DNA of 63,587 nucleotides, filler included, from Chiloscyllium plagiosum (lineage: Eukaryota): NCBI RefSeq assembly GCF_004010195.1. It is 4 parts of one record of this genome, joined end to end, with 100 filler letters (N's around TTAATTAATTAA, not from the genome) between each part and the next. Parts side by side here need not be neighbours in the genome. Positions count along the whole stretch, not along the records: positions 1 to 27,538 come from NC_057713.1; positions 27,639 to 45,019 come from NC_057713.1; 2 more parts are not named here. One strand, written 5' to 3'. Within the stretch, counting starts at the first letter, position 1; each line of letters starts with the position of its first letter. Both the position numbers and the translations under genes were made by a program. Below, piece by piece: positions 26,557 through 37,705 of this stretch. Below the pieces are notes generated by a model. The model was not told the origin of the DNA. It did not search any database and was given only the letters and a program-made list of their open reading frames with translations.

Positions 26557-27180
26557 CTTCCAAGTAAATCTGTTGGACTATAACCTGGTGTTGTGTGATT
26601 TTTAACTTAAATGTGACCCAAGCTTGGGATACAGACAGACTCTAACCTAACACCTTTTAATGCATTGTCTGAGCTGAGATGTCACTTATTTAAAATTAAA
26701 TCTTGTTATCTCAGGAATATGACTTGAAAGAAATTCTGGGATTTACATATTAATGAATCGAAACCTGCAACCCCATCCTAAGTGACTAAAGACTTAACAG
26801 CAATTTAGGTTTGTTCAATACATCGTATCAGTTGTATGACACTTTGGTCTTTTACTATAAATTCTGTGTCATATGATCCTGTCCCACGAGCTACCTGGTG
26901 ATGGAGTAGCGCTCCAAAAGCTTGTATTTCCAAAGAAACCAATTGTACTGTAACCTGGTGTGATTTTCAACTTTGTCCATCCAGGTCCAACACCTATACC
27001 TCCACATCTTGTCTCTAAAATTGAGACCAGCTGTTCAGGAGAAGTGGGTGCCCTTATCAAGGTAGCATTTTGCTGAGAATGGCATCAAGGTGCTTAAACT
27101 AAATTGAATTCAGTGACAATTCACTGATTAAAGGTACACTAACACAAAGATTGTGATTGTTGGAAAGCAATCATCCCCAT

Positions 27181-27538
27181 GGGAGACTGGTTAGCAAGGT
27201 TAGATCTCATGGAATACAGGGAGAACTAGCCATTTGGATACAGAACTGGCTCAAAAGGTAGAAGACGGAGGGTGGTGATGGAGGGTTGTTTTTCAGACTG
27301 GAGGCCTGTGACCAGTGGAGTGCCATAAGGATCGGTGCTGGGTCCTCTCCTTTTTTTCATTTACATAAATGATTTGGATGCGAGCATAAGCGGTACAGTT
27401 AGTAAGTTTGCAGATGACACCAAAATTGGAGGTGTAGTGGACAGTGAAGAGGGTTACCTCAGATTACAACAGGATCTTGACCAGATGGGCCAATGGGCTG
27501 AGAAGTGACAGATGGAATTTAATTCAGATAAATGCGAG
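27181..27538 (+). mobile_element. Young CR1 RT fragment running into a gap
   Basis: GVP*GSVLGP..YINDL..KFADDTK. Confidence 0.9.
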
Positions 27539-27638
27539 NNNNNNNNNNNNNNNNNNNNNNNNNNNNNNNNNNNNNNNNNNNNTTAATTAATTAANNNNNN
27601 NNNNNNNNNNNNNNNNNNNNNNNNNNNNNNNNNNNNNN

Positions 27639-27902
27639 CACCCCCATCCACCCATTGTACTCTTTGCTACCTTCCCCCACCCTCCTCCCTGACCTATCAC
27701 CTTCATCCCCACCCCACTCACCTGTTGTACTCTATGCTACTTTCTCCCCATCCCCACCCCCACCCTTCTCTCATTTATCTCTCTACCCTTCAGGCACTCT
27801 GCCTATATTCCTGATGAAGGGCTTTTGCCCAAAACGTCGCTTTTACTGCTCCTCTAATGCTGCCTGAACTGCTGTGCTTTTCCAGCACCACTAATCCAGA
27901 AT
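27639..27902 (+). mobile_element. PLE 3' terminus
   Basis: Same terminus as 900-1130; core cctgatgaagggcttttgcccaaaacgtc (G to A in GAAA). Confidence 0.8.
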
Positions 27903-28061
27903 GAAGAGAGCACATGACAGCAACAATTACTTGCCTTTGTGAAACCCCTCTTTAAGATTGAAAAAAATACCTAAGCTGTTTCAGGGAGGGATAATCGGAC
28001 AAAGCATCTAGCCATTGTCCAGCTTGCAAGTATTTCTCTGCTTTTTTCCCTATTTGTGTAG

Positions 28062-28115
28062 GAAACAAAAAGGGTCACTATAGTTCCGTGCTCTCATTCA
28101 ATAGAAATAACTGGT
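28062..28115 (+). CDS. Candidate start of the RAD54B second coding exon, truncated by the N gap
   Basis: Strong acceptor ctctgcttttttccctatttgtgtag; the phase-0 frame is open (ETKRVTIVPCSHSIEITG) up to the gap. No recognisable homology, but this region of RAD54B is poorly conserved. Confidence 0.35.
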
Positions 28116-29334
28116 NNNNNNNNNNNNNNNNNNNNNNNNNNNNNNNNNNNNNNNNNNNNNNNNNNNNNNNNNNNNNNNNNNNNNNNNNNNNNNNNNNNNN
28201 NNNNNNNNNNNNNNNNNNNNNNNNNNNNNNNNNNNNNNNNNNNNNNNNNNNNNNNNNNNNNNNNNNNNNNNNNNNNNNNNNNNNNNNNNNNNNNNNNNNN
28301 NNNNNNNNNNNNNNNNNNNNNNNNNNNNNNNNNNNNNNNNNNNNNNNNNNNNNNNNNNNNNNNNNNNNNNNNNNNNNNNNNNNNNNNNNNNNNNNNNNNN
28401 NNNNNNNNNNNNNNNNNNNNNNNNNNNNNNNNNNNNNNNNNNNNNNNNNNNNNNNNNNNNNNNNNNNNNNNNNNNNNNNNNNNNNNNNNNNNNNNNNNNN
28501 NNNNNNNNNNNNNNNNNNNNNNNNNNNNNNNNNNNNNNNNNNNNNNNNNNNNNNNNNNNNNNNNNNNNNNNNNNNNNNNNNNNNNNNNNNNNNNNNNNNN
28601 NNNNNNNNNNNNNNNCTTGCAATTACCAAATTTACACTGCCAAACTTGGCCTCATAAAGTACTGTGATTGTGAAAGTAAAGTGAACCATAGGAGCGGAGG
28701 TGGCAAAGTATTGGGAAGGAGCAAAGGATATTGAAGCATGATGTGATGATGGAGGGGCAAAAAGTTGCTGGAATAATCCAAAACACCCATTTGAAATAAG
28801 CATTAGGTTTCTTTTTAAAAAAATACAAACAAATCTAATTTGTCAATTGTAGTACCCCGAAAGTGAAATTTAGGTTCAATTGGGCAGAGCTTATGCACTG
28901 GCTAATTATACCAGTCATTAAGCAGCCTGACATGCTGCTTAAAGGGATACTGCAGGCCACTTATTTCATTCCGACAATTTGCCTGGTAGCATTTTAATGA
29001 GGTCATGGCCTCTGTTATAATGCTTACCATGTCAGTGTAACTTGTAAATAGTTGCAAACATGTAATAAACTACTTGTTTTAAACAAGAGCCCATTTTAGT
29101 TAGACCAAGAGACAGCTTTACTCCATCACACTGTACTTAGTAGGCCCTGCAGACTCCTTGATGTGAAGAGGATGGTGGCAGCATACCTACCCCATGGTGA
29201 GGTACAGACTTGACTTAATCATTACCCACAGACATTCTCTGGTTTTTACATTGGAACATACTGCATATCAAAAAGGTAAAGCATTGCAACACTTGAGATC
29301 TTTGTTAGCGGGCAAGTAATTTTATCTAGAATCA

Positions 29335-29540
29335 AATAAAGAGCTGCATATATTGGAAATCTGAAACAAAAAAATTGCTAGAGAAACTCAGCAGGTCTGA
29401 CAGCACCTTTGGAGCAAAAAGAAGTCAACATTTTAAATATAGATCTGATGAAGGGTCACTGGATTTGAAACATTAACTTTTTTTCTCTCCACAGATGCTG
29501 CCATGCTTGGTGAGTTTCTCTAGCAATTTCTAGTTTTATA
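29335..29540. mobile_element. Palindromic PLE-terminus-derived element
   Basis: aattgctagagaaactca is inverted as tgagtttctctagcaatt; central ctgatgaagggtc..gaaac. Confidence 0.65.
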
Positions 29541-30479
29541 CATTCATATCAAATTAACTCCAGGATGGTGGCAGAGTAATAGGGCTCAGCCTAGGGCTCC
29601 TGTCTACTTTCTTTCTCTTTTCCTTTTGCTTTTGCTCTTTAGTTTCTCTGGAGAGTGGCAAGTGAAGGAGAGAATCTCTGGCGGCAGTGGGCAGAAATAC
29701 CAGGATCCGTTAGACGCATCTCCACACACAGCCCAGGGTCTCCCAGCGAGTGATGTGCAGGACCCCAGGCTGACTGTCCTGGCCTGGCGTTGCAGGCTGA
29801 TCAAAGGCTCCAGGTCCGCAGCTAGGCCTGGGCACTTGAATGAATGGAAGAGTTGACAAAAGGGATGGTGGAGGACCCTGTTAATGGGCGGCAGCATCTT
29901 AGAGAACTGTTGGATGAGGAACAGGATGTATGGAACCAGCACATTCCCAAGCCCAGCTTGGCTCCAGCTTGGACACGGCATTTGCGATTGTGGCAGTGGC
30001 AGAGGTCTACAACTGAGACCCCAGAGCATGTTACAGATTCAGGAACCCATTTCAGATACCCCAGCTGATGTGGAGCATCAAGAAGAAGACAGAAAGATGA
30101 ACTTTGTTGCAGTAAAATCTTGCATTATATTCAGTGCTTCAAGACGATATCAGAGTGTAGTGACACTTTGCACCTAACATGTAAAAAGATACTTTTCACT
30201 GTATTTTTATATGCATGTGACAAATCTAAGTCTAATTTACCAGTTAATTGAACAATTGTTAATGAGCAACACAGGGGGAAAGTGACCTCTTCATCAGGAA
30301 TATTGGGAAACGTCAACTCTCCCGCTCCTCGAATGTTGCTTGACTGGCTGGCTGTGCTTTTCCAGCACCACACCTTTTGACTCTTAATCAGCGACACAAT
30401 CTGATCCAGAGCATGACTTAGAAGCACAGAACCTTTTCAATGCAGAAAGAGGCCATTCAGCCCATTGTGTCTGCTAGTT

Positions 30480-31465
30480 CGGTGGGGAGAGCGACGCAAA
30501 CCAAGGACTGTTGAAGGGAATGGTCCTTGTGGAAGGCAGAGAGGGGTAGGGAGGGGAAGATGTTCTTGGCGGTGGGGTCTATTTGGAGTTGGCAAAAGTG
30601 TTTAAGGATGATGCGTTGGATACGGAGACTGGTGGGGTGACAGGTGAGGACCAGGGGGACTCAGTCTTTATTGCGTATTTGTTGGGGAAGGGGGGGTTAT
30701 AGCAGTGGAACGGGGAATGGAGGTGTGTAGTGAAGGGCTGTCTGGAAGACAGGGGGAGGAAAAGCACATTGTTCAAAATAGGTGGACATCTGGAAAACTC
30801 GTGACTGGAACGTCTCCTTGTCCGAGCAGATGAGGTGGAGAAATTGGGAGAATGGGATGGAATTCTTGCAGGATGCTGGGTGGGAGGACGTGTTGTCCAG
30901 ATAGTTATGGGAGTCTGTAGGTTTGTAGAAAACATTCATCTGGAGACTGTTGCGGGAGACAGTTTTTTACAAACCTACAGATGCTGCAGGGACTGACCGG
31001 ACCCCTCAGTCACCACCCATTTCAATTTCCCCAACCACTCCCCTTTCTGACATGACCATCCTTGACCTCCTCCAGTGCGGAGGAACAACACCTCATTTTC
31101 CACCTGGGCAGCCTACAGCCTGGATGACTCAACATTGAGTTCTCCAATTTCAAATACCCCCCCTTCCCCTCCCCACCCCTTCTCCTCCCCACCCCTTCCA
31201 CTACTCCTTGCCACCAATCGGATTCATTCCTCCCACTGACCAACCAGGTTGTACCCTTTACCTGTCTTCACCTCCCCCACTTCACCACCCTGCCCCTGCC
31301 AACTCCTTTATCTGCAGCTCCCCCCACATTCACCCCCAGTCCTGAAGAAGGGTTACACCCGAAATGTTGACTTCTCCACCTCCTGATGATGCCTGGCTTG
31401 CTGTGTTCTTCCAGCCTCCTGCCTGTGTATTTCGGATTCCAGCATCTGCAGTTTTTTTTGTCTCT
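30480..31465. mobile_element. PLE with an inverted RT fragment (30480-30950, -) and 3' terminus (30960-31465, +)
   Basis: VFYKPTDSHNYLD.TSSHPASCKNSIPFSQF on minus; hammerhead-bearing terminus on plus. Confidence 0.85.
31338..31372 (+). ncRNA. Minimal hammerhead-like motif, second PLE family
   Basis: AGTC-CTGAAGA-A-GGGT-TAC-ACCC-GAAA-TGTT-GACT: perfect stems I and II, with a C to T change in stem III. Confidence 0.55.
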
Positions 31466-34400
31466 AGACAAACATTTTCAGCAATATGTCTTTTCAACAA
31501 TATTCAAATTCAGTACTACCAAGTGATTGCATTATTTTCAGTTGTTGTTGCACTCCACAGATGAACACAGGAATGTTTCTAATTTCTGAATGAATACGGA
31601 ACTTAGATGTGAAAAAGGAATAATGTTTTTTAAAAAGACAACCTGTATTTCATTTTAAACTTCTTCAGAGTGGTAATTTTACATTTTTAAACTAGCTTTG
31701 GTATCTGAACATGGAACCTGCAGGGTAGTTTATTATTGTGTTGTTCTGGCCTGCCTCCCAACCACTCAACCATATGCAAGCTTTCACTAACCCAAACATT
31801 GGATCCATGTCGTATCATTCATCTGGTCCAACTCACTCATCCTTGCTGGATTGGATCTTGGAATGCCAGTACCTCAAATGTAAAAACCATATCCATGTGT
31901 TTAAACTTCTACAAGTCTGTCTCTTTTCTTCTTTTTCTTCTTGCTGCCATTAATTCAGCCTTACAATTCCCGGTCCATAAAATTCCCATTCTGCCTTTGG
32001 TTTGTTGTTCACAGCCGTATCTTTGCCTCACCATTGGGGGCTACATTTTAGTGGTCATAGGCATTGCCCACCTAAACATCAGTACACCTTCCTTAATATT
32101 TTGGATAAGGATTAGATTCCACATCCTAATTTCTATTTAATGGCTTGTTCTGTCATTTCTAAGGTAAACTGGAATATTTTGTTCTGGTAACAGAGCTGTG
32201 ATAATCAAATTGTTATTGTGTTATTCATTCAAAGAACTCTGAAATAAAGGCAATATCACCTTGGAACTGCATGTTGTGTGACTTGATTAAACTACAGTTA
32301 GCCAACTGCAATACACTACTTTGTCTACATGTCTTTACATTTTTTAATGTTGGAATTGTGTTGCATCGCTACCACCCATTATTGTTCCTGTGCCGGTTAT
32401 GCTGCTGTAATGTTACTGATGGCATTAGTGCATATGGCAACATGGCAAACCATCATAGGAGGGCTTTTTTTCTCTCACATGCTGCCAACAGAAAATATTA
32501 CTATCCGTGGGTCACCAACTATTTTATTTTCATTGCTAACCTGTGCAGAGCATCTTCCAATATCAGATCTATGATCAGAAAACTGAAATGTCAACTGCAA
32601 CATTAAATGATTATGAATGTACTGAAATTGTCTTTGTATTTCACTATTTCTCTGAAAATGTATGTACTATGAAATGGCTGGATACCAGACTACCAGCTAC
32701 AAATTGAAAGGGAAGCTTAGCTTTGTCCTTTCACCACTCATGAGAAACTCTTTGCTCCTTTTCCATGTTCAAACAGAAATCAGCTTCCCTGTTTCACAAG
32801 TTCTTTGTGCAGATCAAGTAATGCATCAAAAAATTAACCCAGCAATATATGTAAATCAAAAATCTTAGATTCATAGAAATAGCATTCCAACAAATGTTAT
32901 GCTGAATTGAGGTTCCATAGATTCAATTTAATTTGCTTTCCTCCCCACCAGCTGTCTTGCTGTTCATAATTATTGTATGTGTAAGCATTTATTGCTTCTG
33001 AATTTCATATATTGAATGATTTATTGGCTGAAAAATGAAAAGGTTTAAAGGTTAGCAAGCCAGATAAGTTTGAGTGCTGAGTTCCATTATCATTATCAGT
33101 GTTGCAGTTAAAGTGTATTCTTGTGGAGTTCCCACTAATTAACTGACTAACATAGCAGTATGAAGTGGTGATCCTTTCTTTGTGGCACTGAATAGTTTTC
33201 TGCAGGGAATTATCCTGGCTGGATTTCTGAAAGGGCTGTGTACAGAATAGCAATGACATGCCTTGTAAATACAGTAGTACTGTGCAGATATACTATGTAT
33301 ATCATTGAGATGCAAATTCATTATCCTGTGACTTAAAGCATTCAATGTGTGCGTACTAATTGAAGGGAAGGAATAAATTTACAGAACATGGTGTAGTGTG
33401 CAAATTTTATGTATCTTATTGAGAATGTGGATTGTTTTGATCACTCGATTTATTTCTACTGTTTGCAGCACTGGGTATTAAAACAAAATGGTGACATTGT
33501 GTGACTTGAGCTGTATTTATTTAAACAGTTAAAGGCTGATGTATGATATTATTTTGCTCTGCATTCACAAATATTACTCATTCCCATAGGTGCTAACACA
33601 GAACAAGCTTTCTCATTTTTTATTAGGTCCATGGAGTCTGCTCCACCGTTTAATCTTTGTTGACAAGTTTCCAACCTCTATTCTCCTGACTTCTCCCCGT
33701 AATGTTTGATCCCATTACTAATCAGGAACCTATCTATCTCTGTCTTAAATACTCTCAATGACTTGGCCTCTCTAGCCCTTTGCATCAATGAATTCTACAG
33801 ATTCATCACCTTCTAGCTTTTTATTTTTCTTGTACAGTATCTCAAAATGGTGCCAGATTGTGGTTATATCACTTTTTACTATATCTCTGAAGATAAATGT
33901 GACAATAAATAAGTCATTCATTCATTCAACTACCAACTGAATCTACATGCTAACCTTAAGAATCCTGAAATAGGACTCCTAAGTGCCTTTGTACTTCAGA
34001 TTGCCAAAGCCTTTCTAATTTAGAAAGTAATCTATGCCTCTATTCTACGTAGCAAAGTGCATAACCATACACTTTCCCACATTGTATTCCATCTGTCACT
34101 TTTTCGCCCATTCTGCAGCATGTCCAAGTCATTCTGTAGTCTCCCTGCCTCCTCAACATTACCTGTACCTTCATCTATGTGTCATTTTCTTTGTATCTTT
34201 GTTTCAACTCAAGGCTTGCCTCGTGTAACAGCTACACTATATCATTGAAAAATGACATGATTCACGTGCTTTCAGGGGAATTATCCTAAGGAAAGTTAAA
34301 CCCTGCTTTGAACGATTTAAGTGCCAGCTGTCAGTTAAGAGGTAAATAATATTCACTGCCATTTGTAAATGGATCAACTATAACCCGATCGGCTGAGGGC

Positions 34401-35872
34401 TCATTCTGCCTCTTCTGCTAATGATAACACTAATCATTAGCAGATGATGATCCTGAGTGTGATTTTGCAGAAACTATGTATGCCTAATTTACCTATTTCT
34501 GAATGTGCTCTGTATTATAAGAATGAAATATCTGCAGTATAAAATCAGTTTATATAATCTCCCTAATGTTTAATAAGATTCTCACTTATGCAATGAACCA
34601 TTATGTCTTGTTACTGCATGTAAACAAAAAAAACAAACAGTGGCTCAGACTTTACCAATGGCCCCACAGATAAATGGACTGCCTGGTGTGATGCTTAGCT
34701 AGTAACTGCCTGTTTTCAATTTCCATGTTTAGTTAATAGATTTCAACTAGAATTCAGTGTTAAAATTATATTAGTACCCTTGCACAGAACAGTGAAAATT
34801 ATCTGAATTATGATTACAGTGAATACTGTCTGAAAATGTACATGTGCAAGCATGCGCTGAGAATATAATTTGGTTCAGCTGCATTTACCCCAGACAAGCC
34901 TCACATGTGAAGAACAGCTAAAAGGCCATGATTTTGTAAGACTGTAGACATGCATGTAAACATACCTGACCTTATGTCAATATCTTCAGGAAAGGAATGG
35001 ATCATAATTAGAGTAGAAGGTGATGCAGTTTACAAAACTCGAATTTCTATTTTTGAATGTTCAGTTGTAAAAAGCAATCTGTTGTGTGCACAGTTCAGCT
35101 CTAAAGATTTTTAAAATGGTGCCTTCCTTGTGAGATTTAAAGTCCATGTTTTGTATTGTACTAATGATAGTGAAGGAATCTCTTTCTCCCCTCCCCCCTT
35201 ACAGCTTCGTTCCTGTCGCAGTGGTTGGTAGGAGCTAGGGGTGAAGAGTAGAGGTCAGTAGCATTTGTATACAAAACACGTGATTGTAGGTTTAATGTGG
35301 AAGAAAAAAGTGGCAAAACTTTCAAAGTTTATATGGTTTTACAACATGTTTACTAGATAGGCAAGTGAGCTTTAAAAATAGATATGGAATATGTGAGTTT
35401 GCAGTTTGTGTATGAAGGTTATTTCAGAGTATTGTATAAACTTTTAAAACTTGTGCTGCAGCTGCACACATTTCAGAACAGCTAAGTTTATAGGAAATAA
35501 GTTTATACGTAGTTGCAGATGTGTAGAATAATGGCCATTGACAGCTTTCCATTATACACTTAACAGCTTCAATGGATTAGCTGGGCGTTTCTTACACAGT
35601 CATTGAGGGATTAGTCTGACCTTCCTTGACCCCTGGTTTAGCATTATGCAAGACTCAGGGTTTTATGCTGCACAATAGAGACATTCAGCACCTCATTACT
35701 CTAAAAATTCAAACTGAATGGGCCCTTTTGCACATCATTACCTAAGAAAGCAGGTTTTGGGTGTGTTTCTGAAGTGGGGGCTGGCCTTTGGAGGTAGTCT
35801 GATTTAAACGAGCAAGTCAGAGCTCTAGATTATTCAGTGCAAAGTTTAGTTGCTGAACAGTTCAGTTACACC

Positions 35873-36561
35873 ATGGAATCCACAAGAAAAAAACAGAAGG
35901 AACTTACTTTATCTGAGAAGATTCAAGTGCTTGAATTGCTTCAGAGGCAAAAAATATCCCAGATGGAATTGGCAAAGCGCTTTGGTGTTACACAGCCTGT
36001 CATCTCCAGGCTAATCAAGAACAAGGAAAAAGTATTAATGGAATGGCACAATAACAGCAATCCAGATCGTAAAAGGAAAAGAGAAGGGAGGGATACTGAT
36101 GTGGATACTGCCCTCTTACAGTGGTTCCAGGTTGCCAGAGCACAACATGTAGTTGTCTCAGATGAAGCCTTGGCTGCAAAGGCCAAGGGCCTGGCAGATG
36201 CTATGCAGATCAGAAATTTTGTTCCAACTGTTGGCTGGATCAACAGGTGGAAAGCTCGTCATGGTCCCTTTCTGCAACAAGCACATGGAGAAATAGATGG
36301 CAGAAGTCAGTCATCAGGCAGTGCATCACAAGAGGTTGTGCCACCAGAAGGAATGACTGAAGAAGAATTTCATCAGTATGTGGAACAAGCTGCTATTAAA
36401 GTGTGTGTTTGGGATATAGCTGATCAAGAACCAGGAAACGCCATGAAAGCAATTACGAAATCAGAAGCTATTGATGTTGAGGAAGAGAAAACTATCCCTA
36501 CTTTTAAGATGGCAAGAGGAAGTAATGGCCAAATAACACCTTTGTTGAACCAATATAATAC
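35873..36561 (+). CDS. Nested gene, coding exon 1: TIGD3-like pogo/Tigger CENP-B N-terminal HTH plus Tc5-type HTH, with no DDE domain
   Basis: Kozak CACCATGG. LTLSEKIQVLELL..KISQMELAKRFGVTQPVISRLIKNKEK..RKRKRE..DTALLQW..KAKGLADAM..FVPTVGWINRWK closely tracks the TIGD3 N-terminus; VPPEGMTEEEFHQYV resembles the TIGD3 C-terminal VPGGLSLEEFSRFV. Donor AC|GTAAGT (phase 2). Confidence 0.85.
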
Positions 36562-36907
36562 GTAAGTTTAATTGCTTTTCGAGACAACTTTTAATGAGTT
36601 TCCTAAATTTTCAAAAATAAAGACCCTAAATACATTTTAGGGTTTTTTCCTATTTTACTTCCCCTATAGTGAGTTGCACTTTGCATTATACTTTTCTGCT
36701 GCCAAGATTTAGATTTAAATATGTATTGTATTATCTTGACTCAGTTGATCACCTGCTTGCCTCTGAGGAGGTTTTGGTTCAATTAGTTTCAGATTTGAGT
36801 TTATAGTCTGAATTGACGTTTGATCCAATATTTTGGAGATGCTGCATTGTTGAAGACAAACCAATAAATTTAGGTGTCATGTGTCTTCTGAAGTGGATGT
36901 AAAAGAT

Positions 36908-37705
36908 AGTCATAGAGATATACAGCATGAAACTGACCCTTCGGTCTAACTCATCCATGCCGACCAAATATCCTAAATTAATCTCGTCCCATTTGCCAGC
37001 ACTTGGCCCATATTCCTCTAAACCCTTCCTATTCGTCCAGATGCTTTTAAATATTGTAACTGTATCAGCCTCCACCACTTCCTCTGGAAGCTCGTTCCAT
37101 ACATGCATCACCCTCTCCGTGAAAAAGCTGCCCATTCTGTCCCTTTTACATCTTTCCCCTCTCACCTTAAACCTATGCCTTCAAGTTCTGGAGTCCACCC
37201 CAGGGAAAAGACCTTCTCTATTTACCCTGTCCATGCCCCTCATGATTTTATAAACCTCTGTATGGTCACTCCTCCACAACCAATGCTCCAGGGAAAACAG
37301 CCCCAGCCTATTCAACCTGTCCCTATGGCTCAAATCCTTCAACCCTGGCAACATCCTTGTAAATCTTTTCTGAACCCTTTCAAGTTTCACAACATCCTTT
37401 GTATAGGAAGGAGACCAGCATTGCGCACAATGTTCCAAAAGTGGCCTAACCAATGTCCTGTAAGCTGCAACATGATCTCCCCATTCTGATACTCAATGCT
37501 CTGATCAGTAAAGGAAAGCATACCCAACACCGCCTTCACTATCCTATCTACGGTGTCTCCACTTTTAAGGAACTATGAACATGCACTCGGAGGTCGCTTT
37601 GATCAGCAACACTCCCCAGCACCTTATCATTAAGTGTACAAGTCCTGCCCTGGTTTGCCTTTCCAAAATGCAGCACCTCACATTTCTGTAAATTAAACCT
37701 CTGTC
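36908..37705 (-). mobile_element. CR1/HER1 3' fragment in the nested gene's intron
   Basis: VRPLLEHCAQCWSP..LERVQKRFTRMLPG. Confidence 0.9.

Larger units (their letters stand above)
23215..26995 (+). mobile_element. Large degenerate Penelope-like element (RT plus GIY-YIG) with inverted 5' pLTR and nested inserts
   Basis: IKPADK, LPKIHK, QTHGTAMGTKFAPQYANIFM and NVVYLIRC..WYIG. About 23215-23477 is the reverse complement of about 26650-26915. Confidence 0.9.

Noticed and set aside
27583..27594. TTAATTAATTAA embedded in N runs (also at 45064-45075 and 58374-58385)
   Set aside because: An identical six-frame-stop linker in equal-sized gaps is a scaffolding artefact.
29560..30240. GC-richer block with several short ORFs
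   Set aside because: No protein motif; it ends in a repeat-type tail (acttttcactgta..tgtgaca) echoed near 33870-33928, so it is probably an unclassified repeat.
32549..32659. Possible RAD54B exon (branch point gctaac, acceptor, open phase-0 frame, donor GTATGT)
   Set aside because: No recognisable homology; splice-like signals alone are insufficient.
35015..35030. GAA GGT GAT GCA GTT (EGDAV), resembling RAD54B WEGDAVL
   Set aside because: The flanks lack the VWCK..KKKHKKW motif, so this is a chance match. That exon is not seen and probably lies beyond the window.
35903..35920. TLSEK shared between the TIGD exon start and the FSBP N-terminus (NFTLSEKLDLL)
   Set aside because: The surrounding residues follow the CENP-B/TIGD3 pattern (LSLAEKIQVLELL); probably coincidence.
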